From Tubulanus polymorphus (taxonomy: Eukaryota > Animalia > Nemertea), in the NCBI RefSeq assembly GCF_964204645.1, contig NC_134029.1:17106950-17170949 (forward strand): a stretch of DNA of 64,000 bases, read 5' to 3'. Below are positions 52,153 through 63,401 of this stretch, piece after piece. A model generated the notes under the pieces. The model saw only the letters and a list, made by a program, of their open reading frames with translations. It did not search any database and was not told where the DNA came from. The position numbers and the translations under genes were made by a program. Position 1 is the first letter of the stretch, and each line of letters begins with the position of its first letter.

Positions 52153-52805
52153 ATGGTTTTGATGGCCAGATAAATTTAATGAATTAATATTATCAAGTAA
52201 AATTTAAAATATATAAATCAATAAGGAATCATTTATATTTGAAACTCATAATATGTTTATTTCTGGTAAAACAAATTGTGGAAAAACTTATTTCATATTA
52301 AATTTATTAGAACCTATTTTGATAATATAGAATTATTTTGTACAACATATGAATTTAATCAAACTTATTACAGAACTAGAAATAATAAATTTATTGTATT
52401 AGATCCTAAAACAGTGAAAGAAAATTTAGACAATTGTATTAAAATAGCAATTGATATTTATAAAGGAACAAATACTTAATTTATTGTAGATGATTGTGCA
52501 AATTCACATGATTCGAAAATTAGAGAAAGTGAATTATGTTATTTAGCTTTTTCTGGTAGACATTTAGGGATAACAACATGGCTTTTAACTGAAAAAATAT
52601 AATTCAATTGTTGAAGATTTTAGAGAAAACATTACATTTTTAGTATTACGCTATAATAAAGATAGAAACTCAATGAAAAATGCACTTGAGGAGAATGATA
52701 TTATTCCACATGATTCACATAATGAATATATGGATAATTTAAAAATAAAAAAGATCAAAATTATTATTTCGATTACAACACCCATTTAAACATGAATTTA
52801 TCTAA
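52153..52805 (+). pseudogene. A32/FtsK-HerA-type DNA-packaging ATPase pseudogene
   Basis: Walker A SGKTNCGKT (52262-52288), Walker B FIVDD, LAFSGRHLGIT arginine-finger motif, DFREN; frameshifts and stops present. Confidence 0.8.
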
Positions 52806-52992
52806 ACTCAACTAGTTTGTTAATCCATTATATTTTTAATCACATTCTATTTGAAATTTAGTTGTTGGCAGATGAAATAAAAATCAAATAAATTTCAACA
52901 AAAAATAAATGAAAAACAATAATTATTCAACTAGCTTTTAGTTACATTTTAGTTAAATTTTAGTTGTAACAACTAATTTTTTTGTTAGATAA

Positions 52993-53430
52993 ATGGGAGG
53001 TGAAAAGAATATAAAATCTAAAAATAGTGATGTTCCAATTGAAAAAACTTTGGATGATTTCGTAATAATAGAAACAAAATTAACTCCAGATAATGGAGCT
53101 TTAAAACAAATTACAACAAATATTACATTATAGATATTACAACAATTAATAATTCTGAATATTATCTTTATTGAAAACATTAATTCGTAATATTAATTGC
53201 ATCTGGAAAATGCAATATCAGAAAATTTAGTAAAAGGTCATAGTAAGTTACGTAATTACATGCCCCAAATTGAAGATGAAAATATTCCGATTTAAAAAAT
53301 GATTATTTAGTTATGACTGAATTAAATAAATGGATTGGATATTCATCATTTCAATTAGGTGGATTTATGACATTATTATCAACTGGAGTTATAACATTTC
53401 AAACATTGATGATAAAAATAAATAATAATA
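52993..53430 (+). pseudogene. Virus-like ORF2 pseudogene (paralog of 56625-57257)
   Basis: MGGEKNIKSKNSDVPIEKTL...; shares DYLVMTELNKWIG..SFQLGGFMTLLSTGVI; internal deletion and stops. Confidence 0.7.
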
Positions 53431-53434
53431 ATAA

Positions 53435-53793
53435 ATGTGCGAAACGGAAGAAGAGAAAGAATTAACTGTGAAGAAAAAACCGAGAACACAGAAACAAATT
53501 GAATGGTCTCGGCAATTTAGGATTAAATCAAAGAATTTAAAAAAGCGAAAATAGAAAAGATAAATAATGAAAATGTTAATAATAAAGATGAGAATAATGT
53601 TATTTCTACTCCTTCTAAATTATCCAATAAATATTTTCATTATTCAACTGGATTTGTTATTTCACTCAATTTAATTGGTTGCAATTGGTATAAGAAAAAT
53701 AAAATTTATGTTGTTAATAATTCTGAAACAACTACTGTTAAAAACGAAAAAACCACTGAAATTCCAAAATTCACTATAAGGAGAATGGATTGA
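53435..53793 (+). pseudogene. Virus-like ORF3: small Lys/Asn-rich protein with a hydrophobic segment
   Basis: MCETEEEKELTVKKKPRTQKQIEWSRQ...YSTGFVISLNLIGCNWYKK...RRMD*; one frameshift; paralog at 57175-57410 and 3' end at 63915-64000 (minus). Confidence 0.55.
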
Positions 53794-54041
53794 TATTTTT
53801 AAAAAAAGCAAAAAAAATAATTCTTTTTAAATGAACAATATTTTTATTCTTGATTGATTAAATATCTCACTACTTTAATTTATCTATGCGGTGCAATTAA
53901 ATTTTCCAGATAAGTCATTTCGGATTCTTGATATCTAAATTAAAAGTAAAAAGAAATTTCTATAATTTTATTATTTCTATCATTTAAATTTTTATGATTT
54001 TATTATTTCTTATTTATTTTTCATTATTGATTTAAAAATAT

Positions 54042-54371
54042 TCATTCGACAATTTCTAAATCATGATGGCCATCTTCATTTTTTCCATGATAAATTATTT
54101 TATAACCTTCTAAATCTTTTAATTCATCTTAACCTAATGAAACCCAGTTATCAGGTAAAAATACTTTCATAAATTAAAAATTAATTCTCGTGTTGTACTA
54201 AAATTACAATTACTCAAATTTTTTCACCATATTTAGTTTTTATTTTTTCTAATTTTAATATTTTATGTTCGATTTCTTGTGAGACATCGACTAATTTTTC
54301 TGTTTCATATCGTTTTTTGATTGTTTTATTCTATTATTTATTGACGCTAAGAATGCTTTTCTGTCACCCAT
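54042..54371 (-). pseudogene. Virus-like ORF4 pseudogene (paralog of 63424-63750)
   Basis: MGDRKAFL...KIKTKYGEK...KVFLPDNWV...IYHGKNEDGHHDLEIVE*; contains a stop and indels. Confidence 0.8.
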
Positions 54372-54547
54372 TCATATAAAACAATTACTTGGTGGCGAGT
54401 CGTTCACTCGTACTCTGATTTCAAAACGTCATTTTGTAATTACTTACAGTTGACTTTTGAGAAGGAGATCAGCACGCAATCGATTTAAACAGACTTTTAC
54501 GGCTTAAATTACATAGATTAACAGTACTGACTATATGTTTACCTGTA

Positions 54548-54860
54548 TTATTCAAAATACAATTTAGTTTTGAAAAGAGACAACTCCAGTGAATTTCTAA
54601 AGTCATTTCTAGTTGAATTCCATACGTTTGCTAATTTCACAGCAGGAGAGGAACAATATTTGGCGGAGGATAATGGAACAACATACGGGCGGGCATCACG
54701 AAAATTACGGGTTCTATTAGTTTGAAACTTAGAGAATATTGAGCGTACATACGATGGGGAGAAATCGTGGTAAACTTTAAACATATAATCTTTAGCACGT
54801 TCAGTGCGTCTGTTTTCAAGAGTTGCCAGTTAAGAACTTTTAGAACTTTCAAGCTGGTCA
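54548..54860 (-). mobile_element. LINE ORF2 C-terminal fragment
   Basis: LKVLNWQLL...MFKVYH...PSY...VWNS...FKTKL, typical of CR1/L2 post-RT tails. Confidence 0.6.
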
Positions 54861-55109
54861 AGTTTTGTAGCTTGTGTCGAAGCAGAATTGAATATAATAT
54901 TTAACGTTGATGTCGGCTGCGACCCCTTTATATCGGCTGCTGCTAACGCATAACCTTTGGTTCTTTGATGGTGAATTTGAAGTTCAGCGCCGTTATATGT
55001 TTCAATCAACATTGACAATGGCTTAGTCCTCAGTTGATGAGCTTGCAAATGCAGCAGAGTACTCTCTTGAATTTTCGCAGGGACTACAGACTATATAGAC
55101 AAAATTCTA

Positions 55110-55560
55110 TAATTTACGCATATGTCACTATTTTGCAATTTTTCCCTCCATGTCTGAATGTTTCTATCATTTAGAGATTGTTTTATGACATTTATCGACC
55201 GTAGATCGATTACCTGATCTTGCCACACATAGTTCAGCCCACAGTTTTGTATAATTTCCTTAATTTGGCAAATCCAACCTGATACATATTTAAATGTTTT
55301 TTGTATAAATCATTCAAAATATCATTAATTACTAGATTCAGCTTTGACGTGTTAGCATTCAAAGTTTTGTTCCAATATTTAATCATTCTAAAATTAATAG
55401 TTATCGATAAAGGTAATCTGCCAGTCTCGCCATATATCATAGCATTATGGCAAATTTTGTTACTTTTAGAACCAATTTACAAAACCTTGTGTGGACATTT
55501 TCTACGATATCGATATTTTCATGGCCCCATATTTTGACTGTTAGGTGCTGCCGCTACATA
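55110..55560 (-). mobile_element. LINE ORF2 C-terminal fragment
   Basis: IYGETGRLPL...RMIKYWNK motif of the non-LTR RT C-terminal region. Confidence 0.6.
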
Positions 55561-55665
55561 TTTCATTGACGGCGAATATGTGAACTAACTTGACAGCCCA
55601 ATATTCTTGCTGTGGAATGTGGGTAGTAAGTTAGTTCACACATTCGCCGTCAACGATATGTATAG
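55553..55665. repeat. Short inverted repeat / mini-MITE
   Basis: ttgacggcgaatatgtgaactaactt vs aagttagttcacacattcgccgtcaa. Confidence 0.7.
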
Positions 55666-56345
55666 GGGCTGAACTTGACGGTTAAACCGGGTGTCTGATT
55701 TTGTACGCGGGTGTTCGTAGTTCCGGACCTGGCTTCCTGATGCAGTTTTAGAGGGTGTGCTGCGTTTGAACCCAAATTACTGGCACTGATTCCGAGGTCC
55801 TCATACTGAATAGGGGATGGAATACTATAACTGCAGATATTCATTCAGAGGCAGTTAGAGCCTGGATCGGATGCAGACTTCGGGGATCATGAACGAGTGT
55901 CGGCGTGGTTTGAACCTAGGCTGAATTAAACTAGAAATTGAACATAAGATATTAAAACTAGAAAAGATAAAAACATGGAGAAAAAATATCAGCAAATTTG
56001 AGTTACTGTTATGTTAGTACAACACGAGAATTTAAAGTATTTTACCTGATAGATGGGCTTCATTAAGTAAAGAGGAATTAAAAGAAATGATGAGTATCAA
56101 CCTATTCAATCGCCATTTTGTTTGTGAAATAACGCGCACCAGCTGATCCACCTCGTCCAACGTTATGACGTCATGATGGAAGTCAAAACCGGGTCAACGC
56201 AAATTTTATAGAACCAAGATTTTGAGGGGTTTCGTATTTGAAAGCCCATAACTAACGAACCAAGCTTCGGATCTTGGCGATATAAATAAATATCAAAATT
56301 ATTATTTCGATTACAACACCCATTTAAATATGAATTTATTTAAAC

Positions 56346-56610
56346 TCAACTAGCTTGTTAATCTATTATATTTTTAGTTACATTCTATTTAAATTTTATT
56401 TGTTGGTAGTTGCAACAAGAAATAGAAAGAAAATTATAATAATTCAACTAGCTTGTTAACCTAGCATATTTTTAGTTACATTCTAGTTAAATTTAAGTTG
56501 TTGGTCGTTGCAACAAGAAATAAAGATTATAATAATTCAACTAGCTTGTTAACCTAACATATTTCTAGTTACATTCTACTTAAATTTTACATGTAACAAC
56601 ACAACTAATT
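56346..56610 (+). repeat. Three ~95-bp direct repeats between the ATPase and ORF2
   Basis: Units start tcaactagcttgttaa at 56346, 56444 and 56537; two related units at 52808-52980. Confidence 0.8.
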
Positions 56611-56624
56611 TTTTTGGTATATAA

Positions 56625-57257
56625 ATGGGTGGTGAAAAGAATATAAATCTAAAAATAGTGATGTTCCAATTGAAAAAAACTTTAAATGATTTAGGCATAA
56701 CAGAAACAAAGTTAACTTCAGATTACGGTGCTTTATATGATGTTACAACAAATAGTAATTATGAATATCATCTTTATTGTAAACATCGATTAGAAATATT
56801 TATTGCGTCTGGAAAATGTAAAACTTTCATTGGTAAAAATTTAACTTATAATGAATCAGATACAATGAAATCAGATCAAATTATTAAATTATTTAAGATT
56901 TATGAAGCTGCAAGAATAGCTAGAATTAATGATGCTATATCAGAAAATGTAATAAAAGGTTATTCTAAGTTATGTAATTATATGCTACCAATTGAAGATG
57001 AATATAAATTATATTCTCATTTAACGAATGATTATTTAGTTATGACTGAATTAAATAACTGGATTGAATATCTATCATTTCAATTAGGTGGATTTATGAC
57101 ATTATTATCAACTGGAGTTATAATAAAACATTTCCGTTTTCAAACATTGATATTAAAAACTTTTTCTATAATAAATGAGCGAGGTGGAAATGGTGAAAGA
57201 TTTAACTGTGAAGAAAAAACCGAGAACACAAACAAATTGAATGGTCGCGGCCGTTAG
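56625..57257 (+). CDS. Virus-like ORF2, ~200-aa hypothetical protein with hydrophobic C-terminal segment (probably decaying)
   Basis: Intronless 210-aa ORF; comparison with copy A suggests compensating frameshifts near the N-terminus and a frameshifted C-terminus. Confidence 0.6.
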   Translation: MGGEKNINLKIVMFQLKKTLNDLGITETKLTSDYGALYDVTTNSNYEYHLYCKHRLEIFIASGKCKTFIGKNLTYNESDTMKSDQIIKLFKIYEAARIARINDAISENVIKGYSKLCNYMLPIEDEYKLYSHLTNDYLVMTELNNWIEYLSFQLGGFMTLLSTGVIIKHFRFQTLILKTFSIINERGGNGERFNCEEKTENTNKLNGRGR

Positions 57258-57629
57258 GAATTAAATCAAAAGAATTTTAAAAAGTTAAAAAAGAAAAAAA
57301 TAATGAAAATGTTAATGAAGATGAAAATAATGTTATTTCTACTCCTTCTTAATCATGCAATAAATATTTACGTCTGACATTCCAAAGTTCACTATAAAAA
57401 ATTGATTTATATTCAGAAAAAAACCAAACAATATTTTTATTTATTTAACAATATTGATATTTTAAATTAATTGATTTTTTTATTATTTTCATTTTTTTAA
57501 TCATTCTATTTTTCATTATTTAATTTTTTATCATTTAATAATTTTCTATTTTTATAATCTTTTTTAATTATATTATTTTTTTATTATTATTATTTTTTTT
57601 CTTTTATTTTTTTTTTCTTTATATTTTAT

Positions 57630-57955
57630 TTATTCAACAATTTCTTACTAATGATGGCCGTCTTCATTTTTTCCATGATAGATTATTTTAAAGCATTCTA
57701 AGTCTTTTAATTCCTCTTTACTTAATGAAGCCCACTATCAGGTAAAAATACTTTAAATTCTCGTCTTTTACTAACATTACAGTAACTCAAATTTGCTGAT
57801 ATTTTTTCTCCATATTTAGTTTTTATCGTTTCAAGTTCTAATATCTTATGTTCAATTTCTTTTGTAACATAAACTAACTTTTTTTATTTCAAATTGATTT
57901 TTGCTGGTTTTATTTTATCATTCATTGACGCTAGGAATACTTTTCTCTCTCCTAT
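57630..57955 (-). pseudogene. Virus-like ORF4 pseudogene (start ATG>ATA)
   Basis: Colinear with 63424-63750 (EFKVFLPD, IYHGKNEDGHH); indels. Confidence 0.8.
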
Positions 57956-58034
57956 TCTTAAGGAGCAAAAAATATTTGTGGTGATGAGTGATGTGTCGAC
58001 CTCTGATCTGAACCCCTGATTTTCCAATTACTTT

Positions 58035-58241
58035 GAATTTAACTTCTGTAGATATCGACCTGCCCTGAGAGTCGAATTCTAGCTTCTGCAGATATCGACC
58101 TGCACTGACTCAGTGAGAGTAGAATTTAACTTGTTCGGGTATTGACCTGCGAAGCGAATTGCGATACTGCAGATATTGATCTGTCTTTTCAGTCGAGTTT
58201 ACCTTTTGCACATATCGACCTGCTCCGAGAAGCGAATTCAC
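58035..58241 (+). repeat. Five to six degenerate tandem repeats (gaatt..acttctgcagatatcgacctgc) with short variable linkers
   Basis: Repeated core gatatcgacctgc at ~58051, 58091, 58139, 58172, 58211. Confidence 0.7.
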
Positions 58242-59775
58242 ACATATTTACCTCTCAGAGGTTCTGGAAATTCTGTCGGTAAGTTTAGCAACGTTTTCCC
58301 CAGTCGCGTTCGTAGGACAGCATTATTAGGTCGGTGGATACTTGAATTGAAAAGGGAACTAACGATAATATTTACGATGACGATGGTTTACTGCATGTTT
58401 ATATCTTTCACGAGGAGATAGATTTCATATTGAACACAATACATTTTAGAGAGAAGATTTTTTTGCCCCGGCTTAAATTCAGTTGAGATCGGCATCACCC
58501 GCATTTAGAACCATATCCAAAAAGGGTCGATGCAATCTAGAATATAGCCACCAGGGGCTAACATGAAAAACGACGAAGTTCTGAGCTACACCACTACAGA
58601 ATATCCTGACCCTATTAGTCAATGGTCAATTAAAATCACTTTGTACCCCAACAGGCGATACAGATACCTGACTCAATAACATAACAAAGGCAGTTTCACT
58701 AGAATGCCATCTGGCTCATCTCCGACTACCTGCATATAGCTGTGGATCCGTTCAAATACATCTGCATCCTCATCGGTGTTTCCCTAAAATCTTAAGTTCA
58801 ACGGTACGGTTTGCCTACCAGTCTTTATGCAGATGTTGTTCTGGAGTTGACATTCCTATTTGGTGATGGCCGAAACGAAACCCGCGTGGACGTAGCTCTC
58901 TCTTACGATTCTCTGAGGTTCAGATGTATCAATTAAGATTCTACCGTGTGCGTTTTAAGTAAACGGTCACAGTCACCGACCAGTTGTTAGGTTGTATCGA
59001 TCTTCGTTTGGTGATAGCTTTTCCTTCCCGGACAGGCAGACCGGGATTCTCCACCATGTAAAATATTAAACTAAATTATAAAGAAAAATATTAACACTAA
59101 AAATCATCCCTCTATATAGTAAAATGGGGGGGGGGGGGCTGATGCAACACCTGTCTACTATAGATAGCTGTATTTTTGATACGATTAATGGCTTTTACGA
59201 AGTTTCACTTTTGATAAAATACTTTGCACTCAGTGACTTAGTTACTTAAGAAAATAATACTATCGTTTAACATTTCATCATGTAAAACATCGAATACAGA
59301 AAAAAAAATAAATACATATTCTCACACAACCTTTGTTTGGACCTCTAAAATTCAAATATTTACAATGCCCCTAGCGGAAAGACGAAGGTGTCAATCAAAA
59401 TTAGTAATCAGGCTTGTAGATGTTAAGGGTGTAGAATGATATACTGCCAATTCGGCACGGATTGGTCGAGAAATAACGCAAGGTTAGGACTCCTAGAGCT
59501 TCAGCTGTTAAGAAAATATGACTGTACTCAGTTACTTTCGTTGTAGTAATGACATCAGACCATTGAACTCCCAGTTTATCAGACCAACTAAATCATTAGA
59601 ATGTACTATTAGCAGGCTACTGCAATATGCATAGCTAAGAAGAACAATTATCAGTAATATCTATCGAAACGGATTAAAATCCGACCAACATTAATTTCCA
59701 ATTAGCCATAGTGCTTTAATGTGCATCACTCAACCACCCAACTGCATGCCCGGAGGGAGAGCCCCCTTCATTAAA

Positions 59776-59784
59776 TATATAAAA
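59776..59784 (+). promoter_or_regulatory. Possible TATA box of the PAN-domain gene
   Basis: TATATAAAA ~180 nt upstream of the ATG at 59959. Confidence 0.35.
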
Positions 59785-59958
59785 GTGCAATCTTTCACGT
59801 GAATGTGCATTTAGTGTGGTTGGATTCAATATGCGTTGTTGACACAGTAGGGATTGAACTTGACGTTTTCAGTAATATGCGTGAGATTCGGACAATTTTT
59901 CCAGCATACATTTTATGTTTAAAATCTTTCTCGTCGTGTCGAGAATTTTGACGCCCCG

Positions 59959-60259
59959 ATGGCTTCCTTGCCATTTCTAAGGATAACTTTCTGGACCTTG
60001 CTATGGACGGGATTCATTTCAAATATCACCGCTTTACAGCGAGGGTCGAATTATCGAAAAGTTCCCGCTGGTGCGTACCCGTGGGTCGAACTGAGCACGA
60101 ACGTGGCCGTCTCGGAATTGCGTTGTGCCACATTGTGCACGGCGATTACCGAAACATGCATCGGATTCACATACAAAAAAGGCAAAGAATGCAAACTTTG
60201 GATGTATTCGGGTGGTAGCACTTATGCATCTTTAACTGCCGACAATTATCTGAATACAG
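59959..60259 (+). CDS. First exon of a secreted protein with a PAN/Apple-like domain (downstream exons not identified)
   Basis: Signal-peptide-like MASLPFLRITFWTLLWTGFISNITA; S...CxxxC-x6-CxGF-x6-CxL cysteine pattern; ACAG|GTAAG donor at 60260. Confidence 0.7.
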
Positions 60260-61964
60260 GTAAGCTACTAAAATGGAAATCAACGAATTTACTGTCGATC
60301 TTAATGAGATATTGTATGTAATAGAGAGAGGTTCTTTATCTGTACTCCCAAATGTGATGATAGTGGTAATCATGAAGAATGTTGATAATAATGTATTTTC
60401 TTATTGAAATTAGACCTTATCACGTCCCTTTACACATAATATAAAGGTATGAGTTAATCATAGAAGATTAGATTTTTCACACTTCGAATATTCTTCTAAA
60501 TAATTTTCCACAGGCAAAGTGGTTCACTTTTCTTACATATGTAATTATTTTAAAAGCTTTCACTTGCGTGCTGTTAGTTTTGGTTTAGATATGTCCAGAA
60601 AACTATATGGGCTCTGGGAAGCATGACACAAAATTTGATATTGGCTGTGTTTTTGCAATTCTTTGTATTTAGCATGAAAATCCCGGAAGTCAATTAAACA
60701 GTTCCAAAATTCTCATTTTAGGCCGACCGCTCATTTTCTTCCTGATCAATGTGGCAAATTTTTCCTATTTGTTTAAATTTTGTTCAATGCTCTATCCAAT
60801 CATTCCAGCAGTTTCAAACGGCATCTTGAATGCAGATAGGCCTAGATGATGAGACGGCACAAATACTCATCAGAAAGTGACAAACCATAATTTATTGACT
60901 TTTTGAAATAATCATATAATATATTTTTAGAACAAATAAACGTTGAATATTTGATCATACGGGGTCCCCTACAATTCTGAGGTCTCTGAAACTTTTCAAG
61001 CTCAAACATTCCGAACTGAATATTTTCTGAAAATAGATCAAAATTCAGGTTAAGAAACAGATCAAAACTTTATTGGCTAATAACTGTTTGTGAAACGGTA
61101 AATTTCCCATTCTCGAAGATCTAAAACCTTTTGAGTATGTGGTGCTAGGTGGACACCTTTTCACTCATTTGCTTACCCAGATACCGCAAGTACGTAAATA
61201 TAAATTATTCATTGTTATGGATTTACGTCAAGAAACAGCCGTAGAATTCGATTTTACCACCCCTTGACTAAGTTATATATATTTATTATCGTGTATGCGC
61301 TGTTAGGCGAAGAGTGCCAACCGCAAAAACATCGTCAAACACACTAATGACGGAAATAGCAAATGAAAAAGTGCACACAACTGTGTGGAACCAATTAACT
61401 CTCATTTCAACAAAAACGATGCCAAACGTTTGTCGACTGCCTCTCTCAAAAACGGCGTTGTCACCACCGGCTCGGGCTAATGCCATCGTCTATTACTTTT
61501 TCAAAGAAAGAGTGTATTTTCACAGGCACTTGAATATGGGCTTTGACCTTACTTGTTGGTGTGTTAAAAATAATAAAATTTATCGTAATCTACCATAAAA
61601 ACGCCACCGGGGTCACCATCTTAATTATCCATGATGCAACTGTTTTACCCATGATCCAATCCCCTCGTTGACTATACTTTCCAGTAAGGCTGGAAACGCT
61701 CCTATCTCCGTAATGCTTAAATATACCCGCAAATATGGGGACAGCTGACGTCACAGCAATCCCAAAGAGGCATCGCGAATTTTCAAAAATCAATTTTGTT
61801 GCCAGTTAAAATCTTTAACGGAGCTAAAACAGCGTCAATGTTTCCAAAAATCATCTACAATAGAAATTATGGACGCTCCTTATATTTCAGTATTAAAATT
61901 GACACCTTGGGACGTACTTCGGCAATCATCGGCAGTGTTCGGCTGTCCCGATATTTGCCGGTAG

Positions 61965-63355
61965 ATTGAGAAATTAAACGAGACTTACCTGTAAGTTGAA
62001 GTTTGATTGTAATTCTTCGGAAATATACCAGATGCGAGTGATTACATGAGATTGACGCTACTTCCGTTACGTCACTATTCAAAGTCTTAAAGAAGCAAGA
62101 TAGATGTAAAAGAAAAGCATGAAATTCGTTTCGGGATAAAAACGAATAAAAAGAAGCGTGAATTCTTAAATTAATCTGTAATGAAACACAAAAGAAAAAT
62201 AATATTTTAAAACAAACCCAGATGCGAGATGGGTGGGCATTAGAAAAAAAGGGCGGGCATGTAATCACTCGCATCTGGTATAATTCCGAAGAATTACAAT
62301 CAAACTTCAACTTACAGGTAAGTCTCGTTTAATTTCTCAATTCTTCTCCATTATACCAGAATGCTCGTAATTCCGTGAGATTTCAAAGCCATCTATTTTG
62401 CCGAAACTTATTATACACAAGGAAACAAACATAAATACCTTAAATCAAATTGAAGCAAGGACCGCATTAGTCAATTGCTTCGAAGGATGATCAACTACAG
62501 TTTTATTGTAATATTTTGCGAAAGTCTGTTCACAGCTCCAACCAACAACCTGGAGAATAGTGTCTATTGGAATCGTTTTAACAGCCGTAGACGCAGAAGC
62601 TGAACGAGTAGAATGACTGGAGTATCGGTTGATATCAACTCCAGAGGCGAACAAGACATCTTTAATCCAGCGCGATAATGTCTCACTTGACGCTCGTCCG
62701 TGAGGTTTGTTAGTAGAAATGAAAAGATGATTGTCTTTCCTAAGACCAGCCGTTACACGAATGTACTCTTTGATACAAGATAAAACGCAAATCGATTTAT
62801 CATAAGGATAATCAAAGAACGAAATCGGACGAGTCGGTTTCCCCGGTCTATCTTGTTTCTGTTTGACGAATAGAAAGGTTATATGATCATCAAAAATGTT
62901 CATGTCATCGATACGTAATTGATGAAGCACATTACGTCGAAGTCCTGAAACAAGTGCCATTAAACATAAAGTTTTCTTAGTCAAATTAGATAGAGACAAA
63001 TCATGTAAAGGTTCCACTGATTTTAAAAAACGAAGGACAATACCAATATCCCACGTATCATTATATTTAGGTATAGGAGGACGATTCTCGAAAATACCTT
63101 TGAAAAGTCGTTTCACTAGAGGGTCGGAACCAATATTAGCGGATGGTGACGCAAAACTGAAAGTTGAAATAGCAGATCTTGCCGTATTTATCGCACTATA
63201 TGACAAGCCTTTCTCATATAATGAAGAAAGAAAATCAACTAAAAGTTCTGCAGATGGGTTTCTATAATCAAACCCTCGGCGAGTCACATAATCGATCCAT
63301 TGTCTATAATAGTAATTAGAATATGTGGCTTTCATACCAGAGGACGAGAGGACGA
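61965..63355 (-). mobile_element. DIRS1-type tyrosine-recombinase retrotransposon, 5'-truncated (YR + ICR + right terminal repeat)
   Basis: YR ORF followed by an 84-bp inverted repeat (61965-62048 / 62258-62341) and extra partial copies, the ICR/ITR architecture of DIRS1 ends; no gag, RT or RNase H in the window. Confidence 0.82.
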
Positions 63356-63401
63356 GACACCACTCATCACCACAAGTAATTTTTTTCCTACTCATCACCA
63401 A
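62445..63401 (-). CDS. Tyrosine recombinase (DIRS1-type integrase)
   Basis: Open 318-codon frame; SAM-like core-binding domain (LSYSAINTARSAIS), catalytic R (SGLR), K (KQDRPG), HxxR (HSTR), W (VGWS), Y (TFAKYY). Confidence 0.9.
   Translation of the reverse strand: MVMSRKKITCGDEWCLVLSSSGMKATYSNYYYRQWIDYVTRRGFDYRNPSAELLVDFLSSLYEKGLSYSAINTARSAISTFSFASPSANIGSDPLVKRLFKGIFENRPPIPKYNDTWDIGIVLRFLKSVEPLHDLSLSNLTKKTLCLMALVSGLRRNVLHQLRIDDMNIFDDHITFLFVKQKQDRPGKPTRPISFFDYPYDKSICVLSCIKEYIRVTAGLRKDNHLFISTNKPHGRASSETLSRWIKDVLFASGVDINRYSSHSTRSASASTAVKTIPIDTILQVVGWSCEQTFAKYYNKTVVDHPSKQLTNAVLASI

Larger units (their letters stand above)
52125..54440 (+). mobile_element. Endogenous Polinton/adintovirus-like gene cassette, copy A (degraded)
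   Basis: Very AT-rich, intronless, tightly packed pseudo-ORFs: A32-like ATPase, ORF2, ORF3, convergent ORF4; homologous to 55925-58050 and 63356-64000. Confidence 0.65.
55925..58050 (+). mobile_element. Endogenous Polinton/adintovirus-like gene cassette, copy B
   Basis: ATPase 3' end (56292-56343), ~95-bp repeats, ORF2, ORF3, ORF4 on minus; colinear with copy A. Confidence 0.65.

Noticed and set aside
52125-58050. Bacterial or organellar contamination as the source of the AT-rich intronless ORFs
   Set aside because: The copies are interleaved with host LINE, MITE and HINE fragments and are pseudogenised, consistent with true genomic integration. No bacterial or mitochondrial genes are recognisable.
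58035-58241. CRISPR array
   Set aside because: Repeats are degenerate, linkers are only 5-18 nt and uneven, there are no cas genes, and the context is eukaryotic. Kept only as a tandem repeat.
61867-62310. 147-aa ORF downstream of the recombinase
   Set aside because: Spans the non-coding DIRS inverted repeats and has no recognisable protein features.
63356-63401. N-terminal ~15 codons of the YR ORF as native DIRS sequence
   Set aside because: This stretch matches the flank of the virus-like ORF4 in copy B, so it is foreign to the DIRS element.
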